This document shows positions 55,424-64,000 of a stretch of DNA of 64,000 nucleotides, piece after piece (position 1 is the first letter of the stretch; every line of letters starts with the position of its first letter). The stretch is from Candidatus Thorarchaeota archaeon (GTDB taxonomy: Archaea; Asgardarchaeota; Thorarchaeia; Thorarchaeales; Thorarchaeaceae). Where the stretch lies: the NCBI GenBank assembly GCA_048882045.1, contig JBHLRZ010000014.1, positions 18,708 through 82,707 of the forward strand, read 5' to 3'. Below the pieces are notes generated by a model, which saw only the letters and a program-made list of their open reading frames with translations, was not told where the DNA came from and searched no databases. The position numbers and the translations under genes are program-made.

Positions 55424-56203
55424 TCATCGATGTGCAATGACAACCATTCGTTCCGAGTTTGCAGCGTATGGGAGTCGTGGCAGCTTCGCAGCACCGTATA
55501 GCTCGACCTTCTTGAACCCGACTTCTTCAAGCATCTCACTGATCTCAAGTGCAGTGTACATCCTGATGTCGTTGTTTGACAATGCATCCTCGTCCATCAA
55601 GACAATTCTTTCATTCTCAGTGTCTATGAACGTGGCAGGTCGGCCAGTGAGGAGGCCAGCATGAGCGTCAAGAACATGTGGTTCATTGAGGAGGTATCCT
55701 CCATCTAGAGGAGTCCAAGTCCTCTGAAACTTTGGAATATTGTATGGATTCATCAGATCAAGAAGGAAACAACCATCCTTATTCAGAGCGGAATAGACTC
55801 CCTTGAGGACCTTCTTGTTCTCTTCGTGATCAAAGAATCCAAAACTGTGACTGAGTAGGATTGCTGCATCGAACTGAGACTTGTAGTCCATTGCCCTCAT
55901 ATCACCAGTATAGAAGTCCACAGTGACATCACTCGACCTGGCAGTTTCCTTACCCGCATCGATGAGGACCTCTGCGATGTCAAAGGCTGTGACTTTGAGC
56001 CCCCGCTTGGCTAGTTCGACGGATTGGTCTCCTGCACCACAGGCAATGTCTAAGACAGAGTTCCCTTTCTTCAGATCGAGTGTTTCCATGATGAAGTCAG
56101 CAATGAAACGGTCATAGTGCTCTATTCCCGGAATCTGGCGTCTGTGCCGTATCCTGAATATCTCAGCCCAGAATTCGTTCCAACCAAGTTCGACCTTGTC
56201 CAT
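55424..56203 (-). CDS. Class I SAM-dependent methyltransferase
   Basis: VLDIACGAG, GDMR, FDAAI...SFGFF, LNKDG.FLLD; start at MDKVELGW. Confidence 0.9.
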   Translation of the reverse strand: MDKVELGWNEFWAEIFRIRHRRQIPGIEHYDRFIADFIMETLDLKKGNSVLDIACGAGDQSVELAKRGLKVTAFDIAEVLIDAGKETARSSDVTVDFYTGDMRAMDYKSQFDAAILLSHSFGFFDHEENKKVLKGVYSALNKDGCFLLDLMNPYNIPKFQRTWTPLDGGYLLNEPHVLDAHAGLLTGRPATFIDTENERIVLMDEDALSNNDIRMYTALEISEMLEEVGFKKVELYGAAKLPRLPYAANSERMVVIAHR

Positions 56204-56299
56204 CGCTAGCACATCCTGACGTGAACGAGTTCTCCTTCCTGATATGAAGATTGTCATGCTAATGAAATGAGTTGAAAATAAAGAGCAATCACTCAAAGA

Positions 56300-56427
56300 A
56301 GAGAATTTGGAGAAAGTCCGCAGTCTTTTCCTTCTCCGCCGGGAGGGACGCAGTATTAACAGGAAAACTCGAAATGAGCATAATCCTGCGGAATCGTTTC
56401 TCCACCTGAAATGGAGGTTAGTTCTCT
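56300..56427. ncRNA. Unannotated multibranch structured element
   Basis: Nested inverted repeats AGAGAATT/AGTTCTCT, TGGAGAAA/TTTCTCCA, TCCGCAG/CTGCGGA, TTTTCCT/AGGAAAA. Confidence 0.35.
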
Positions 56428-56581
56428 AAAAAACCTTTAGGTTCTGCATAAATGTACCAAATTTAGCATAAATCGGTTATTTTGAGCATTTTTCGATTTT
56501 ATATTGTTAAGTCCCGTTTTTGCTCCATTTTTTCGAAATCTAGTTGAGATTTTCGTGCATTGTTCTAGATATCCTGAAAAT

Positions 56582-57556
56582 CTAATTGACTCGACGCAGG
56601 AAAACTACCACAGAAACCACCAAGATGAGAATAACGAGTGGGAAGAAAAGTGGGATTCCTCCGAAGTCTGGTATTGCATCATGGATTGGCAGATTGTACT
56701 CGGATTGCCAGAGTTGGACACCAAGATAGTCAGTGAAGACATCATCATTAAATTGCATCCCTGGATATGTGGCTTCACCTCCCCATTCCCAATCAGAGAT
56801 GGCCCACATTACTACCAACGAATCACCCTCTTGAGTGACGCTTCGACCATGATTGTTCAATAGGTCAGTCTTGACAAAAAGAGAGGTGTTGGAAACACTC
56901 AGTCTACTAATTAGCTGCGTAGAATCAAATTCAAGTTTCTGCATATCCAAACCATATCTGAGATCGAGATAGTTTCCCCAGCACTCAGTAACGAACTTTG
57001 ATTCGATCCTTAAGACAAGCTCAGCATGAGGGGCTAGTGTAATGTTTATCAAATCGATTCTAGGATTGCTGTAAGATAGAAAGAAATCAGCAGGGAATCT
57101 GTAACTAATTTCTACTGGCAAGTCTTCTCTCGATGTGATGTTGTAGACGATCGATGCATTATAGTTTGAGTGATTGCCTTCAATGGAAACATTGGTTTCA
57201 AGATTGGACGATATTTCGTAAGGAGTCCAATCATTCCAAACAAATGAAACTGGAAAATAGACATCGTAATCAGCAGTATTTGAAATGTTATAGAAGGATG
57301 AAGTTTCGATATCATGAGTAAGGTTTTCCCCGCCAATTAGGTCGGGAGTATTCGAAATATTGACTGTGGCGTGGGATAGCCACACATCAGTGTTTATGGA
57401 CGAAACCAAACCAAAGGTGTAAACGCTGGACAATGGAGGGGCAGAGGTCTTGTGTACTACTGAGGCATTCAAACAAACTAGGAGCAGGAGAGTAGCATAC
57501 GCCACTTGGTTCCGTTTCACAATACCGACCACGGTTGCATATCCTAATAGATTCAA
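56582..57556 (-). CDS. Secreted, C-terminally anchored beta-rich hypothetical protein
   Basis: N-terminal hydrophobic segment, many N-x-S/T sequons, C-terminal TM + RR. Confidence 0.65.
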   Translation of the reverse strand: MNLLGYATVVGIVKRNQVAYATLLLLVCLNASVVHKTSAPPLSSVYTFGLVSSINTDVWLSHATVNISNTPDLIGGENLTHDIETSSFYNISNTADYDVYFPVSFVWNDWTPYEISSNLETNVSIEGNHSNYNASIVYNITSREDLPVEISYRFPADFFLSYSNPRIDLINITLAPHAELVLRIESKFVTECWGNYLDLRYGLDMQKLEFDSTQLISRLSVSNTSLFVKTDLLNNHGRSVTQEGDSLVVMWAISDWEWGGEATYPGMQFNDDVFTDYLGVQLWQSEYNLPIHDAIPDFGGIPLFFPLVILILVVSVVVFLRRVN

Positions 57557-57602
57557 TTGAACTTGGTGGTGTTTCTATTTACACGATGAAAAAGGTTGGA
57601 GA

Positions 57603-57678
57603 TGGTAGTCCCGCCAGGATTTGAACCTAGGTCCGGTGGGCCAGAACCACCGATGCTTGGCCACTACACCACGGGACT
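57603..57678 (-). tRNA. tRNA-Gln (anticodon CTG), CCA encoded
   Basis: AGTCCCG acceptor stem (A1-U72), anticodon stem GGTGG/CCACC with loop TTCTGGC, T-arm GGTTCAAATCC, 3' ACCA; no intron. Confidence 0.97.
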
Positions 57679-57786
57679 ATCCGAATGAATCCGGGATTGC
57701 TCTGTCCATTTTTCATCTTTTCGGTTTAGAAGCACCCTGACATAGTGTTTATCAGAGAGCATGTTTGCAGCTAGGCCGAACTTACA

Positions 57787-58521
57787 ATGCCGTTCTGGTA
57801 TGAATTGACCTACGAGAGATTCAAGCAAGCAGCAAGAGCGACAGAAGTAGTGGTCATGGTTACGGGGGCTCTTGAGGCACATGGAAAGCATCTTCCACTA
57901 GGAACAGATAACATCCTGCCCAATTATCTTGCTGAGAAGATTGCCAACAATACAAATGCTCTCGTCCTCCCGACAATACCATTTGGAGAGAGTTGGGACT
58001 TCAATCACATCGAGGGTACTATCTCAATTCATCCAACAGCATTGGTCGACTATTATGTTTCGGTTTTGAAGGGGATCTTCAAACATGGATTCAGATACGT
58101 CCTAGTCCTGAATGGACATGGAGGCAATGCAGCCATCATCAAGCAAGCTGCAAAGACAGCAACCAAGAAAGGGGAACGCATAGTCATCATCGTAAACTGG
58201 TGGAGAGATCTAGCAAAGACTGCACGTTCACTTGTGGAGGAAACACCAGGGGGTCATGCAGCAGAAGACGAGACCTCCGAAGTCTTGCATGTAAGACCAG
58301 ACCTTGTTGACATCAAGGTTGCAGAGGCACATCGTGTGGAAACAAAGTTCGAAATCATATCTGGCACATACAGAGCCGAACTTCTCCCTGCTGGTATGTA
58401 TGGAGACCCGAAGAAGGCAACAGAGGAAAAAGGTCGGCTGATTATGGAGCAGGCGGAAGAAGAGATAATTGAACTTGTCAATCAGCTTGAACATGGGAAA
58501 CTACCAATAGAGAAGACCTAG
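57787..58521 (+). CDS. Creatininase/amidohydrolase family protein
   Basis: GALEAHGKHLPLGTD, NGHGGN, GHAAEDETS, GDP.KAT.EKG. Confidence 0.92.
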   Translation: MPFWYELTYERFKQAARATEVVVMVTGALEAHGKHLPLGTDNILPNYLAEKIANNTNALVLPTIPFGESWDFNHIEGTISIHPTALVDYYVSVLKGIFKHGFRYVLVLNGHGGNAAIIKQAAKTATKKGERIVIIVNWWRDLAKTARSLVEETPGGHAAEDETSEVLHVRPDLVDIKVAEAHRVETKFEIISGTYRAELLPAGMYGDPKKATEEKGRLIMEQAEEEIIELVNQLEHGKLPIEKT

Positions 58522-59333
58522 ATTCCCACCTTGAAGATGAGTGCGTCACGAAGGACTCGTTGGAACATTCTGAGTAGATTAGTTCCTTCTGTTGCGATGG
58601 TATCAAATACTGGATAACCTTCCAAGTCAAGCATCTGGACCATGTAGTCTACTGGGAGCGCGTTTGGTAGATCTCTCTTGTTTAGTGAGATGATGATTGG
58701 AAGTGTAGCCATCCTGTCTGTACCAAGAGCAATCCTTAGTTCTTGTATTGATGCAAGATTTTCATTCATCTGCTCGGGAGTGGAGTCAGCCATGAAAATG
58801 ATCCCGTCGCAGTCTCTAAGCACTTTGATCCGTTGACTGGCATGCCGTCTCTGACCAGCTACGGTGAACACATCAAACACGATTCTCTCACTGGCAGTGA
58901 CTGGGACAAAGTCGAAGAAAGTAGTTCGCCCGAGCTCGTCTGCGATCTCAATGATCTTGCCTTTTGCTAAAGACCTGACATTGGCAAAAAGCCAACGAAG
59001 TGCAGTGGTTTTACCTCCTAAAGAGGGGCCATAGAATACAATCTTGATGTGGACACGACCCAGCTCATCGCGTTTCAACACATGACCAGGAACTATCTCA
59101 GATGCTGTCTGAGGTTTGATGAGTGCTCTGCGCGCCAGATCAGCAGTAGTCGCAGTATCAATTCGGACCTCATCTGTCGATGCAACTAACCGACCCATAG
59201 ACACAGCCCCGGGCTCAGTCCCGAGGGGTCGTTCAGGAGGCACTGTTATGCTTTCGCTAACTCTAACTGGGGGTGCTTCCTCTTCCTCCTTCCGCTTCTT
59301 CGAGCGCCCAGTCAACCTGCGGAACACGGACAA
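58518..59333 (-). CDS. MglA-like small GTPase with long N-terminal extension
   Basis: KIVFYGPSLGGKTT, RTTFFDF, FTVAGQ, DGIIFMADS, NKRDLPNA; TTG 59333 follows GGAGAGG. Confidence 0.88.
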   Translation of the reverse strand: MSVFRRLTGRSKKRKEEEEAPPVRVSESITVPPERPLGTEPGAVSMGRLVASTDEVRIDTATTADLARRALIKPQTASEIVPGHVLKRDELGRVHIKIVFYGPSLGGKTTALRWLFANVRSLAKGKIIEIADELGRTTFFDFVPVTASERIVFDVFTVAGQRRHASQRIKVLRDCDGIIFMADSTPEQMNENLASIQELRIALGTDRMATLPIIISLNKRDLPNALPVDYMVQMLDLEGYPVFDTIATEGTNLLRMFQRVLRDALIFKVGI

Positions 59334-59442
59334 TTGCCTCTCCAAAATAACGAGCCTCTACCAGTCTTAAATCTTCGGGGGACTTCATCCACGTACTTAT
59401 GACACGAACTTTATCTGTAAGAAACCTTTCGACATTGTCATT

Positions 59443-60567
59443 ATGACTGACAAGATTGACCCCCAGTTAATTGCAGACCTATGGCCAACACTCAGTAAGA
59501 TGACCTACCTCAACAATGCAGCAACTGGGATTCCTCCAAAGAATACCTTCGATGCGATGAAAGCATATTTGGACAATAAAGCCCAAGCAATCGGAAATTT
59601 CGAAGAAACTCTAGCCAACATCAAGACAACAAGACAACTCTTGGCTAAACTCTTGGGAGGGGATTATAGCCAATATGGATTTGTTGCGAGTACGAGTGCT
59701 GGAATAAACTCGTTTGCACATAGTATAGAATATCCTAAAGGCTCAAACATTGTATTGTGTGATTTGGAATTTCCAGCAAACTATGTACCATGGCAAAACT
59801 TGTGCAAGTTCTGTGACGTGGAATTACGAATTGTGAAGTCAGTTGAGGGTGGAGTAGATTCAGAAGCAATCAAAGAAAAGGTCGATGACAACACACGAGT
59901 GCTGGCAATCAGTCAGATTCAATTTGGTACTGGTTTTCGTTCAGACCTCAAAGAGTTGGCAAATCTAGCTCATTCACACGGAGCTCTCCTCTCAGCTGAC
60001 ATCATTCAAGCAGCGGGATGTTTTGACACGAATCTTGTAAAAAGTGGAGTGGACTTTGCTACAGGTCAATCCGCAAAGTGGCTACTCGGACCAATCGGAG
60101 CGGGGTATGTTTTCGTTAGCAAATCGATAATGGATGAGGTGAAGCCCCGGTTCTTGGGTTGGTGGGGTGTTGAAAAAATCATGGAGTTTGGATACTTCGA
60201 GAGGACACCATTGGCAGATGCTCGCAAGTACCAAATTGGGTCACCAGCAATGATTGCCTATGTGGGCCTATTGGAGTCACTCAAGACATTACTCAAGATT
60301 CCAGGAAAGACTCGTGAGCAAGTAGCTATGAGCAATGCAGACTACCTACGCAAGAAACTTTCAGAGATTGGAATTCCTTACTATGAATTTGGGGCTAAAA
60401 ACAACTCTGCAACTGTTTCATGTGAACCACATGATGTTGAGAAATTGCATGAAAAGATGTTGAAGAATAGGATACATGTTTCTGTTAGGAATGGACGTTT
60501 GCGGATATCTCCACACTTCTATAACAATCACGAAGAGATTGATACAATAATCGAGTTTATGAGGTGA
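59443..60567 (+). CDS. PLP-dependent aminotransferase class V family protein
   Basis: YLNNAATG, EFPAN, DIIQAAG, KWLLGP.GAG, LRISPHFYN. Confidence 0.9.
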   Translation: MTDKIDPQLIADLWPTLSKMTYLNNAATGIPPKNTFDAMKAYLDNKAQAIGNFEETLANIKTTRQLLAKLLGGDYSQYGFVASTSAGINSFAHSIEYPKGSNIVLCDLEFPANYVPWQNLCKFCDVELRIVKSVEGGVDSEAIKEKVDDNTRVLAISQIQFGTGFRSDLKELANLAHSHGALLSADIIQAAGCFDTNLVKSGVDFATGQSAKWLLGPIGAGYVFVSKSIMDEVKPRFLGWWGVEKIMEFGYFERTPLADARKYQIGSPAMIAYVGLLESLKTLLKIPGKTREQVAMSNADYLRKKLSEIGIPYYEFGAKNNSATVSCEPHDVEKLHEKMLKNRIHVSVRNGRLRISPHFYNNHEEIDTIIEFMR

Positions 60568-60571
60568 TCAG

Positions 60572-61252
60572 ATGCTCGACCAAATAAACGACAATGTCTA
60601 CTTCATTCTGAGCCGTTCGTTTGACTCCAACATCATATACATCAATTCCGGTGATAGACAGGTCCTTGTTGACACAGGCACTGGAATGTACACCTCAAAT
60701 CTTGACCAAGACTTACAGACAAAGGGATCATCAATTCAGTCGATTACCGATATCGTACTCACACATTGTCACATCGATCACATAGGAGGAGTCATTCCCC
60801 TAATTGAAACCGGGTCTCCGAAACTGCACCTTCATGAAGCTGAGGCGAGAATTATCAATAGTGGAGACATGTCACGAACACTAGGTGATACATTTGGAGC
60901 AGACTTACCACCCTTCAAAATTGATGTGATGTTGAATGAGGGGGACCTCATTGATTTTGGAGATGTTAAACTAAAAGTATACCATACTCCGGGTCACTCA
61001 TCTGGTAGTATCACAATGGAGATTCTGGACACAGGGATTCTAATCACGGGAGATACTCTATTTCCTGGTGGTAGTTTCGGAAGAACAGATTTTCCTGATG
61101 GTGATGAAAAGAAATTGGTCGAATCTCTAAGAAGGATATCAGAAATGGACTTCCAGATTGGTTTACCTGGTCATATGAATGCGATGAAATTCAATGCTCG
61201 CCATTCGGCATTGAAGTCGTATGAGATGGCAAAGAACTGGTTCAGGGTGTAG
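60572..61252 (+). CDS. MBL-fold metallohydrolase (glyoxalase II-like)
   Basis: THCHIDHIGG, HTPGHS, TGDTLF, GRTD, PGH. Confidence 0.92.
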   Translation: MLDQINDNVYFILSRSFDSNIIYINSGDRQVLVDTGTGMYTSNLDQDLQTKGSSIQSITDIVLTHCHIDHIGGVIPLIETGSPKLHLHEAEARIINSGDMSRTLGDTFGADLPPFKIDVMLNEGDLIDFGDVKLKVYHTPGHSSGSITMEILDTGILITGDTLFPGGSFGRTDFPDGDEKKLVESLRRISEMDFQIGLPGHMNAMKFNARHSALKSYEMAKNWFRV

Positions 61253-62237
61253 TGACGGTTTCGACCAATTCATCGATGTCGAATATGTCTGCTTCAGACA
61301 CAGATTCGCCCTTGTCGAGATACTTAGACTCGATTGCTTTCACAAGTGCGTATACTGACTCACTTGAAGGAGTTTCAATGTCAAGTTGTTTCGCTAGACG
61401 AATTACTTCACCGGTAATCGAGTCAATCTCAGTCCTCTTGCCTGAGCGAAGGTCTTGAAGCATTGAGTTTATGTTATCACCTGTTGCCTTTGCAGTTCCT
61501 AATGCATAGCGTACAGGATCATCAGTAGTGAGTTCTATACCCAAGGCTTCAACCACCTGAACTGCTTCTTCAACTAAACGAACAACGAGACCACGGAGAG
61601 CCGCATTTCCATAGACTTCACCATTGCTGAGTCCAGTCAGGGCACCAACAGGATTGATTCCGCAATTAACAAGTGTCTTTGTCCAAACGACACCCTCAAT
61701 ATTATCGCTTGATCGGACATCAAATCCGACCTCCTTCATCATTTCAGACAACTTCTCGACAAAGGGATAGTTCTCGGGATATCTGGATCCTATCTCAGTA
61801 AGACCGCAACCTGTAGCGTGAACAACCCCGGGAATATCTCGTAATGCCCCCATGCAAGTTGTAGCGCGCAGGACCTTGGTAGTGCCTAACTCCTCGGCAA
61901 CCAGCTCCTCGGTTCCTAGACCATTCTGGATGAGTAGGACATATGCTCCAGCATCGACTAAGTGCTTGGCACTACGTGCAGCTGTGATTGTATCATAGGT
62001 CTTTGTCGTGATGATAACAAGGTCTGCCTCAGAAACCTCTGATGCGTGACTGATTGCTTTCAGATGAAACTCGTGATGGCCCATGACTCCCACGATTTTG
62101 AGACCTTGTGCCTGAATGGCTGCTATGTGTGGGTTCCTCCCCACAAGTGTAATCTCAGTATCTTTGATTCGACTTAGGAATGCGCCATAAAGGCTTCCAA
62201 TGGCTCCTGACCCCACAATCACAATCTTCATTTTCAA
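61242..62237 (-). CDS. panE: 2-dehydropantoate (ketopantoate) reductase
   Basis: GSGAIG, QNGLG, W.K..VN..INP, SMLQD...GKRTEID.I.G. Confidence 0.93.
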   Translation of the reverse strand: MKMKIVIVGSGAIGSLYGAFLSRIKDTEITLVGRNPHIAAIQAQGLKIVGVMGHHEFHLKAISHASEVSEADLVIITTKTYDTITAARSAKHLVDAGAYVLLIQNGLGTEELVAEELGTTKVLRATTCMGALRDIPGVVHATGCGLTEIGSRYPENYPFVEKLSEMMKEVGFDVRSSDNIEGVVWTKTLVNCGINPVGALTGLSNGEVYGNAALRGLVVRLVEEAVQVVEALGIELTTDDPVRYALGTAKATGDNINSMLQDLRSGKRTEIDSITGEVIRLAKQLDIETPSSESVYALVKAIESKYLDKGESVSEADIFDIDELVETVTTP

Positions 62238-63043
62238 TCAACCTTGGATTCATTCTTTTTCTTTCTCAGACTGCTAACATCACTGGCTATCGCGTCGAGA
62301 TTTTTCATTATTATACGTACTGACATGGCAAGATTCTCGTCATTGTCAAATTCATCCACAATCATACGTAGCTCTTCACTTGGAAGGTCTTTCATATCCT
62401 TGGCGAATTTGACCATAAGTGGGAGAGACCGAATGATGTTGTCTACCATTGTCACATCAGAATAGACTGCAGTGCGACTCATAGGATTAAGATCAATCGT
62501 TATGACAAATTTGTTAATAGCCTTCAAAGCCTCTGTCCTGTCGCCATCCTCCAGTGGGACTAAAACGACATCAGCAGCTCCTATTCCCTCTGGATCCACC
62601 TTTCGACGGTTACTCTTCAATTCAGGGATTATCTCAGATGGTCTGTCATGAGTTCCAAATAACTGCTTCACTCCTGCTTTCGAGAGCATATCCTTGATGG
62701 CATCTTCACGCTCTTTCCTATAATAGAACAGGTTGACTTCAAGAGGAGCATTCGTTAGTTCTGAGAGTTCAACCAACTCATCCGGTACGAGGGCACATGC
62801 ATTACCATTGACACTTATCACTGGATGTTCGGCAAGTAACATTGCCGCAACAGCTACACGTGTTGCCTTCTCAGCCAGCTCAGTGGTCTTCTCTCCTATC
62901 AGATAATCAAAAGCTTCGCCTCGACCGTGTGCCAAGAGACCAGCTGTGGCAACTATATTGAGGTCGTGTCCCTCGATTATAGCTTCGCGAGTTTCAAGTG
63001 AGATCCTGCGAGGGTGATCAGAGGGTATCTCAATCTTTGTCAA
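62234..63043 (-). CDS. pps: Archaeal phosphopantothenate synthetase
   Basis: HPR..SL..RE, AHGRGEAFDYLIGE, ISVNGN, VPLEDGDR, IDLNP.SRTA. Confidence 0.95.
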   Translation of the reverse strand: MTKIEIPSDHPRRISLETREAIIEGHDLNIVATAGLLAHGRGEAFDYLIGEKTTELAEKATRVAVAAMLLAEHPVISVNGNACALVPDELVELSELTNAPLEVNLFYYRKEREDAIKDMLSKAGVKQLFGTHDRPSEIIPELKSNRRKVDPEGIGAADVVLVPLEDGDRTEALKAINKFVITIDLNPMSRTAVYSDVTMVDNIIRSLPLMVKFAKDMKDLPSEELRMIVDEFDNDENLAMSVRIIMKNLDAIASDVSSLRKKKNESKVD

Positions 63044-63945
63044 TTGAGTAACCTCCCGCCTTCGTGAGCAATTTCACTTACTGAAACTTCCTCAGACTTC
63101 CAGTATTTTGAGAGGATTCTCTGAGCGATATAGGTATCATCCTTCTCACAAAGGCAGAATACAGAATCACCCAACATTACCATACTGGAATCAACAAGTC
63201 CCACTCTCTCGAGTTCATCGAGCGCATCCTTCACTCTTCTCGTCTTTAGACCGATCTCGTCAGAAAAAGCTCGGGAACAATCAACAAAGGTGTCTATTGA
63301 TGGATCAGCCACGATTCTCTCCACAAGGTGGTCTCCAATGGCGTTTATTTGTTCACGAGTTTGAGGGTTTGTTAAAACATCAGCAGTTTCTAGTCCGGGA
63401 GCTCCAGCAAGCACGGCACGTAGAGAATCAAGATAGAGAATTTCCTTGATCTCCCCTATTCCTGGTCCGCCAGGCTTTACTCTAACTTCAATGCCACCAA
63501 CAGTTTGTGCAAGAACATCACCAAGACCAGTGTGATTCTCAATCTCTGCAATATGTGCAAAACCGGATGCCCTTTCGTAGTCGATATCATCATCGAGAAG
63601 ATGAGCGAGGGCAAGTGCAGTCCCTAGAGCACCAGCACCTGAGGCTCCAAAACCCGCTCCTGAAGAAAGAGAGGAATTGTGCTCAACGTGGACCTTGAAC
63701 GTCCGCTCATATTCTTCTGTCAATCTTTGTACCACCGTCTTCGTGACCTTCGCATCGATACGTTTGTTGTTGTAATTAGTTGTTATTTCTAGGGATGAGT
63801 GATTCTCTACGGTCACAGTAGTTTCTGTCCCCATATTCACCGAGAAGCCTGCACCTGTTGAACCACAATGAAGTGGATCCTCGTCTTCATCAAAGATGCG
63901 AAAGATTCCGGTGACATGTCCTGGCACGAAAGCTTTCGCTGTCAT
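63040..63945 (-). CDS. pok: Pantoate kinase (GHMP family)
   Basis: AFVPGHVTG.F, GSTGAG, GAGFGASGAG, TGLGDV, R..PG.PG, SMVMLG; ATG 63945 preferred. Confidence 0.93.
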   Translation of the reverse strand: MTAKAFVPGHVTGIFRIFDEDEDPLHCGSTGAGFSVNMGTETTVTVENHSSLEITTNYNNKRIDAKVTKTVVQRLTEEYERTFKVHVEHNSSLSSGAGFGASGAGALGTALALAHLLDDDIDYERASGFAHIAEIENHTGLGDVLAQTVGGIEVRVKPGGPGIGEIKEILYLDSLRAVLAGAPGLETADVLTNPQTREQINAIGDHLVERIVADPSIDTFVDCSRAFSDEIGLKTRRVKDALDELERVGLVDSSMVMLGDSVFCLCEKDDTYIAQRILSKYWKSEEVSVSEIAHEGGRLLN

Positions 63946-64000
63946 TGATGCATCCGGTCGAGTCGTCAAGGTGTCAGTCAAGATACCATCTCTGTAAGCA

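Noticed and set aside
54475-57678. tRNA-Gln-anchored integrated element covering the accessory genes downstream of the tRNA
   Set aside because: No integrase, and I found no duplicated tRNA 3' end (att site) in the window
59443-60567. Cysteine desulfurase (IscS/SufS)
   Set aside because: Catalytic Cys loop (SSGSAC or RxGHHC) absent; kept as generic class V PLP enzyme
1-64000. CRISPR array, IS elements, rRNA
   Set aside because: No regularly spaced repeats, transposase ORFs or rRNA-like sequence seen

Overview
Gene-dense archaeal chromosome window, most consistent with an Asgard archaeon (probably Thorarchaeia; this is inferred from gene content, not a database search). Supporting genes include two Rab-like GTPases, an MglA-like GTPase, a Roadblock protein, WD40 and HEAT proteins, archaeal ThyA, archaeosine TGT, tetraether synthase, the PoK/PPS CoA route and an A1-U72 tRNA-Gln. 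No transposase, integrase, CRISPR array or rRNA was seen. The strongest candidates for undescribed systems are three. (1) A eukaryote-like trafficking and signalling island at 4.2-12.6 kb: an alpha-solenoid protein, two single-domain KaiC ATPases, a thioredoxin/KaiB-like protein and a Roadblock protein, followed by Rab-like GTPase, WD40 propeller, a HEAT + appendage (adaptin/beta-COP-ear-like) protein and a second Rab-like GTPase. (2) A soluble, membrane-free methyl-transfer operon at 16-23 kb (MetF, MtrH', MtrA with an MtrB-like tail, MtrH, methanogenesis marker 14, CofE, LarC) that could bridge folate and methanopterin C1 pools. (3) Three surface-anchored proteins at 35-41 kb sharing a GIFT/DUF4350-like domain, two carrying phosphoesterase domains, divergent from an AfuABC/FbpABC-type ABC importer. 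Other notable items are two non-canonical EF-2 paralogs, probable CTG start codons, an ileS leader with a uORF and switchable anti-SD pairing, circularly permuted peptide-binding proteins and several unannotated structured intergenic elements. All family assignments come from motif recognition by eye.
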